From assembly GCA_045545475.1 (NCBI GenBank), contig JAZQAZ010000023.1, forward strand, positions 32,001-96,000: a stretch of DNA of 64,000 bases. The letters run 5' to 3'. The notes below the pieces were generated by a model. It did no database searches, was not told the origin of the DNA, and worked only from the letters and a program-made list of their open reading frames with translations. Both the position numbers and the translations under genes were made by a program. Origin of the DNA: Clostridia bacterium. Lineage in GTDB: Bacteria > Bacillota > Clostridia > CAKSNL01 > HGM11501. Positions 60,943 through 64,000 of this stretch are shown one piece after another (the first letter of the stretch is position 1; each line of letters starts with the position of its first letter).

Positions 60943-60970
60943 AAACGGGCAACCAAGGAGTTGCCCGTTT
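60943..60970 (-). terminator. Terminator downstream of sigA and the repeat
   Basis: aaacgggcaac-caagga-gttgcccgttt. Confidence 0.75.
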
Positions 60971-60972
60971 AT

Positions 60973-61298
60973 ATTTTTCTTTGGTTTGCAAATCGCTTGA
61001 ACGCTTTTTGCAAACTCTCGCATAAAATTTCTTTGTTGAAATTTTACTCATCATGCGTTTCTTTTTTTCGCTCTGCTTTACGAAAAAATGCTGTTCGCAT
61101 TTTTCTTTGGTTTGCAAATCGCTTGAACGCTTTTTGCAAACTCTCGCATAAAATTTCTTTGTTGAAAATTCACTCATCATGCGTTTCTTTTTTTCGCTCT
61201 GCTTTGCGAAAAAATGCTGTTCGCATTTTTCTTTGGTTTGCAAATCGCTTGAACGCTTTTTGCAAACTCTCGCATAAAATTTCTTTGTTGAAATTTTA
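60973..61298. repeat. 126-bp tandem repeat, about 2.6 copies, rich in internal palindromes
   Basis: Units start at 60973, 61099 and 61225; copies 1 and 2 differ at 3 positions. Confidence 0.95.
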
Positions 61299-62384
61299 TG
61301 CTAAGAAATCCTTAAGTTTTCTGCTTCTGGATGGATGGCGTAACTTACGAAGAGCCTTTGCCTCTATCTGACGGATACGCTCTCTTGTTACGTTGAACAC
61401 CTTTCCCACTTCTTCAAGTGTGCGGCTTCTTCCGTCATCAAGACCGAAACGGAGTCTTAAAACTCTTTCCTCTCTTGGTGTAAGAGTATCAAGCACGTCC
61501 ACAAGCTGCTCTTTAAGAAGCATAAAGGAAGCTGCCTCACTGGGTGCGGGAGCATCCTCGTCGGGAATGAATTCGCCAAGACGTGTATCTTCCTCTTCGC
61601 CTATGGGCATTTCAAGGGATACAGGTTCCTGAGCTATCTTCATAATCTCACGTACCTTTTCGATGGACATATTCATTTCCTTTGCAATTTCTTCCGGAGT
61701 TGCATCTCTGCCGTATTCCTGAAGAAGCTGACGTGAAACTCTGATAAGCTTGTTGATTGTTTCAACCATATGCACAGGAACACGGATTGTTCTTGCCTGG
61801 TCTGCAATCGCTCTTGTTATGGACTGACGAATCCACCATGTGGAATAAGTAGAAAACTTATAACCTTTTGCGTAGTCAAACTTTTCAACTGCTTTTATAA
61901 GACCAAGGTTACCTTCCTGGATAAGGTCCAGGAACAAAAGTCCTCTTCCCACATATTTTTTAGCAATGCTTACAACAAGACGGAGGTTTGTTTCAATAAG
62001 CTTCTGCTTTGCTTCTTCGTCTCCCTCTGACATTTTTCTTGCAAGTTCGTATTCTTCATCTGCAGTTAAAAGCGGAACTTTACCTATTTCTTTTAAGTAC
62101 ATTCTTACATGATCATCCACATTTGTGCCGTCAGGAAGATTCATGTCTATTTCTTCTTCTACCTGAACAGGTTCAATCTGTTCAAGTTCCTTTTCAAGAT
62201 CTCCGACTACTTCAATTCCTTCACGGTCGAGTGAGTCATAAACCTTTTCCATCTGCTCTTCTTCAAGCTCAAATTCAGCCAATGCATCGGCAATTTCTTT
62301 ATATGATAAAAGCCCTTTCTTCTTTCCCTTTTCCACCAATTCCTTAATTGCGATTTTTCTCGCGGACATGATATTTTCGCTCAT
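61296..62384 (-). CDS. rpoD: Primary sigma factor SigA/RpoD
   Basis: [53 protein letters not shown]; start trimmed to MSENIM. Confidence 0.99.
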   Translation of the reverse strand: MSENIMSARKIAIKELVEKGKKKGLLSYKEIADALAEFELEEEQMEKVYDSLDREGIEVVGDLEKELEQIEPVQVEEEIDMNLPDGTNVDDHVRMYLKEIGKVPLLTADEEYELARKMSEGDEEAKQKLIETNLRLVVSIAKKYVGRGLLFLDLIQEGNLGLIKAVEKFDYAKGYKFSTYSTWWIRQSITRAIADQARTIRVPVHMVETINKLIRVSRQLLQEYGRDATPEEIAKEMNMSIEKVREIMKIAQEPVSLEMPIGEEEDTRLGEFIPDEDAPAPSEAASFMLLKEQLVDVLDTLTPREERVLRLRFGLDDGRSRTLEEVGKVFNVTRERIRQIEAKALRKLRHPSRSRKLKDFLA

Positions 62385-62385
62385 A

Positions 62386-64000
62386 TCACATACCCTCTTT
62401 CCGTTTCTTTTCAGCCTTCTTTTTAATAAGTTCATTAAGCTTGGCTATGTTTTTTTCCTCAATATACTTTTTGCTCAGGATATTGAAACGCTCATCCTCA
62501 ATTGTATTAAAGGCATCCTGTGCGGCCTTTAAGTTATCGCCGTAGTCATCATCTGAAAATACCGATGCTGCTTCACCCGAAAACTCGGACGGCAACATGG
62601 TTATTATAACAGATGCTTCCGGAACCCTTCCTTCAGAAAGGGTTCGGTAAATAACTTCCGCCAGGCTCTTAAGTGCTTCCGTTGAATACTCCTCTGCCTT
62701 CATTTCGTCTGAGTATTTCTCATATACCCTTTTATCTCTCGCCATGAGGCTTAAAAGTATCTTTTCTGCTTCATAGCCTTTACCCGAAAGAAATTCTCCC
62801 TCCGGAGCTTTTCTCTCAAGCACAGGACGGGCAAAAATTTTCTTTTCCTCCCGCTTCCTGTAGGATGCATCCTTCTTCATAATTTCCGCCTTTATGGAAT
62901 CTTCTGAAATTCCCGTGTCGTCGGAAACCTTTTTGATGTATGCTTCCTGCTCAATGGGGTTTTTAATTTTAAGTAGCACCTCTGCCGCCGATTTAGTAAA
63001 TTCCACCTTCTGTTCGACATCTTTTATGTCGTATTTTTCTTTCAATTTTGAAATTCTATAATCGGTGACAACCCTTGCATTCTTAATGACACCCTCGAAG
63101 GCTTCTTTTCCTTTGAGTTTTATATATTCATCCGGATCTTTACCCTCGGGCAGACTCAAGATCTTGACCTTTATATCCAGCGGCATAAATATTTCTATCG
63201 CCGCTTCTGTTGCCTTTTGGCCCGGGCCGTCTGAGTCGTAACAAAGATAAACCTCCGAAGAATATTTCTTAATAACTCTCGCCTGTTCACTTGTCAAAGC
63301 TGTTCCCATTGAAGCAACAGCTCCGGTGTATCCTGCCTGATGAAGACTTATTACGTCCATATACCCTTCGCAGAGAATTATTCTTTTATCAGGCGAGTTT
63401 TTTGCATAATTAAGAGCAAACAACTCTCTTCCTTTGAAAAACACAGGACTTTCGGGAGAGTTCATATACTTCGCTTTTTCATCGGGCGAAAGTGCTCTTC
63501 CTCCAAATCCTATTATATTTTTCCTTATATCTATTATCGGAACCATGAGACGGTTTCTGAACCGCTCAATATAGTTTCCACGCTCTGTTCTCATAATGAG
63601 TCCCAGATTAAGAAGTACATCTTTTCCGATACCGTTCTTTTCTGCAAAGCTTAAAAGTGCTCCTCCGTCCGGAGCATACCCCATTCCGAATCTGGCAACG
63701 GTATTATTTTCAAGCTTTCTTTTTAAAAGATACTCTCTTGCCCCGCTTCCGGCATCACTTGATAACATATCACGGTAAAACTTGGCAACTGCAAGATTTG
63801 CCTCATACATTTTCTTTTTCATATCGTGACGCTCTTTATCACGGGACACCTCGTTTGGCTCGGGTAATATTATCCCCGAATTGTCCGCAAGATATTTAAG
63901 GGCTTCCACGAAATCCAGATTTTCTGCCGCCATTACAAAATGGATGGCATTTCCTCCCACATTACATCCGAAGCAGTGATAAAGCTGCTTGTCCTCGGAA
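62386..64000 (-). CDS. dnaG: DNA primase (5' end outside window)
   Basis: YHCFGC at window edge, [35 protein letters not shown]. Confidence 0.98.
   Translation of the reverse strand, partial: SEDKQLYHCFGCNVGGNAIHFVMAAENLDFVEALKYLADNSGIILPEPNEVSRDKERHDMKKKMYEANLAVAKFYRDMLSSDAGSGAREYLLKRKLENNTVARFGMGYAPDGGALLSFAEKNGIGKDVLLNLGLIMRTERGNYIERFRNRLMVPIIDIRKNIIGFGGRALSPDEKAKYMNSPESPVFFKGRELFALNYAKNSPDKRIILCEGYMDVISLHQAGYTGAVASMGTALTSEQARVIKKYSSEVYLCYDSDGPGQKATEAAIEIFMPLDIKVKILSLPEGKDPDEYIKLKGKEAFEGVIKNARVVTDYRISKLKEKYDIKDVEQKVEFTKSAAEVLLKIKNPIEQEAYIKKVSDDTGISEDSIKAEIMKKDASYRKREEKKIFARPVLERKAPEGEFLSGKGYEAEKILLSLMARDKRVYEKYSDEMKAEEYSTEALKSLAEVIYRTLSEGRVPEASVIITMLPSEFSGEAASVFSDDDYGDNLKAAQDAFNTIEDERFNILSKKYIEEKNIAKLNELIKKKAEKKRKEGM

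Noticed and set aside
60973-61298. CRISPR array
   Set aside because: Whole 126-bp units repeat head to tail with no unique spacers, and no cas genes are nearby
60841-61371. ORFs through the repeat (60841-61371 +, 60932-61243 -) and N-terminal extension of trmK
   Set aside because: They stay open because the unit length is a multiple of 3; they overlap real genes or a terminator and lack a convincing RBS

Overview
Gene-dense chromosomal segment from a low-GC Gram-positive anaerobe. The Clostridia-like assignment is inferred from SigA promoters, a large SRP RNA, SLH proteins, trmFO/trmK and a class III fbp. Housekeeping blocks are rpsB-tsf, dprA-topA-trmFO, greA-trmR-U32, tmk, ffs-dnaX-ybaB-recR, potABC and dnaG-sigA-trmK. 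Between them lie surface and glycan-utilisation genes: two SLH proteins, a GH78, a five-CBM32 protein beside a GH99/GH71-like enzyme, and a sialidase-like/aldolase pair. The standout is an AraC-linked operon at about 36.8-43.5 kb. It encodes an atypical U32 Fe-S protein, three tandem QueG/reductive-dehalogenase-like cobalamin-2x[4Fe-4S] paralogues and a cytoplasmic GH101/GH129-like glycosidase, and matches no pathway I know. Other oddities are an orphan gene bracketed by ~45-bp inverted repeats, a 126-bp palindromic tandem repeat starting at the sigA stop codon, a strand-swapped SRP tetraloop stem, an A_AAA_AAG site and acidic tail in dnaX, and potABC without potD. I saw no CRISPR array, tRNA, rRNA or transposase. 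All calls come from reading motifs by eye; no database searches were run.
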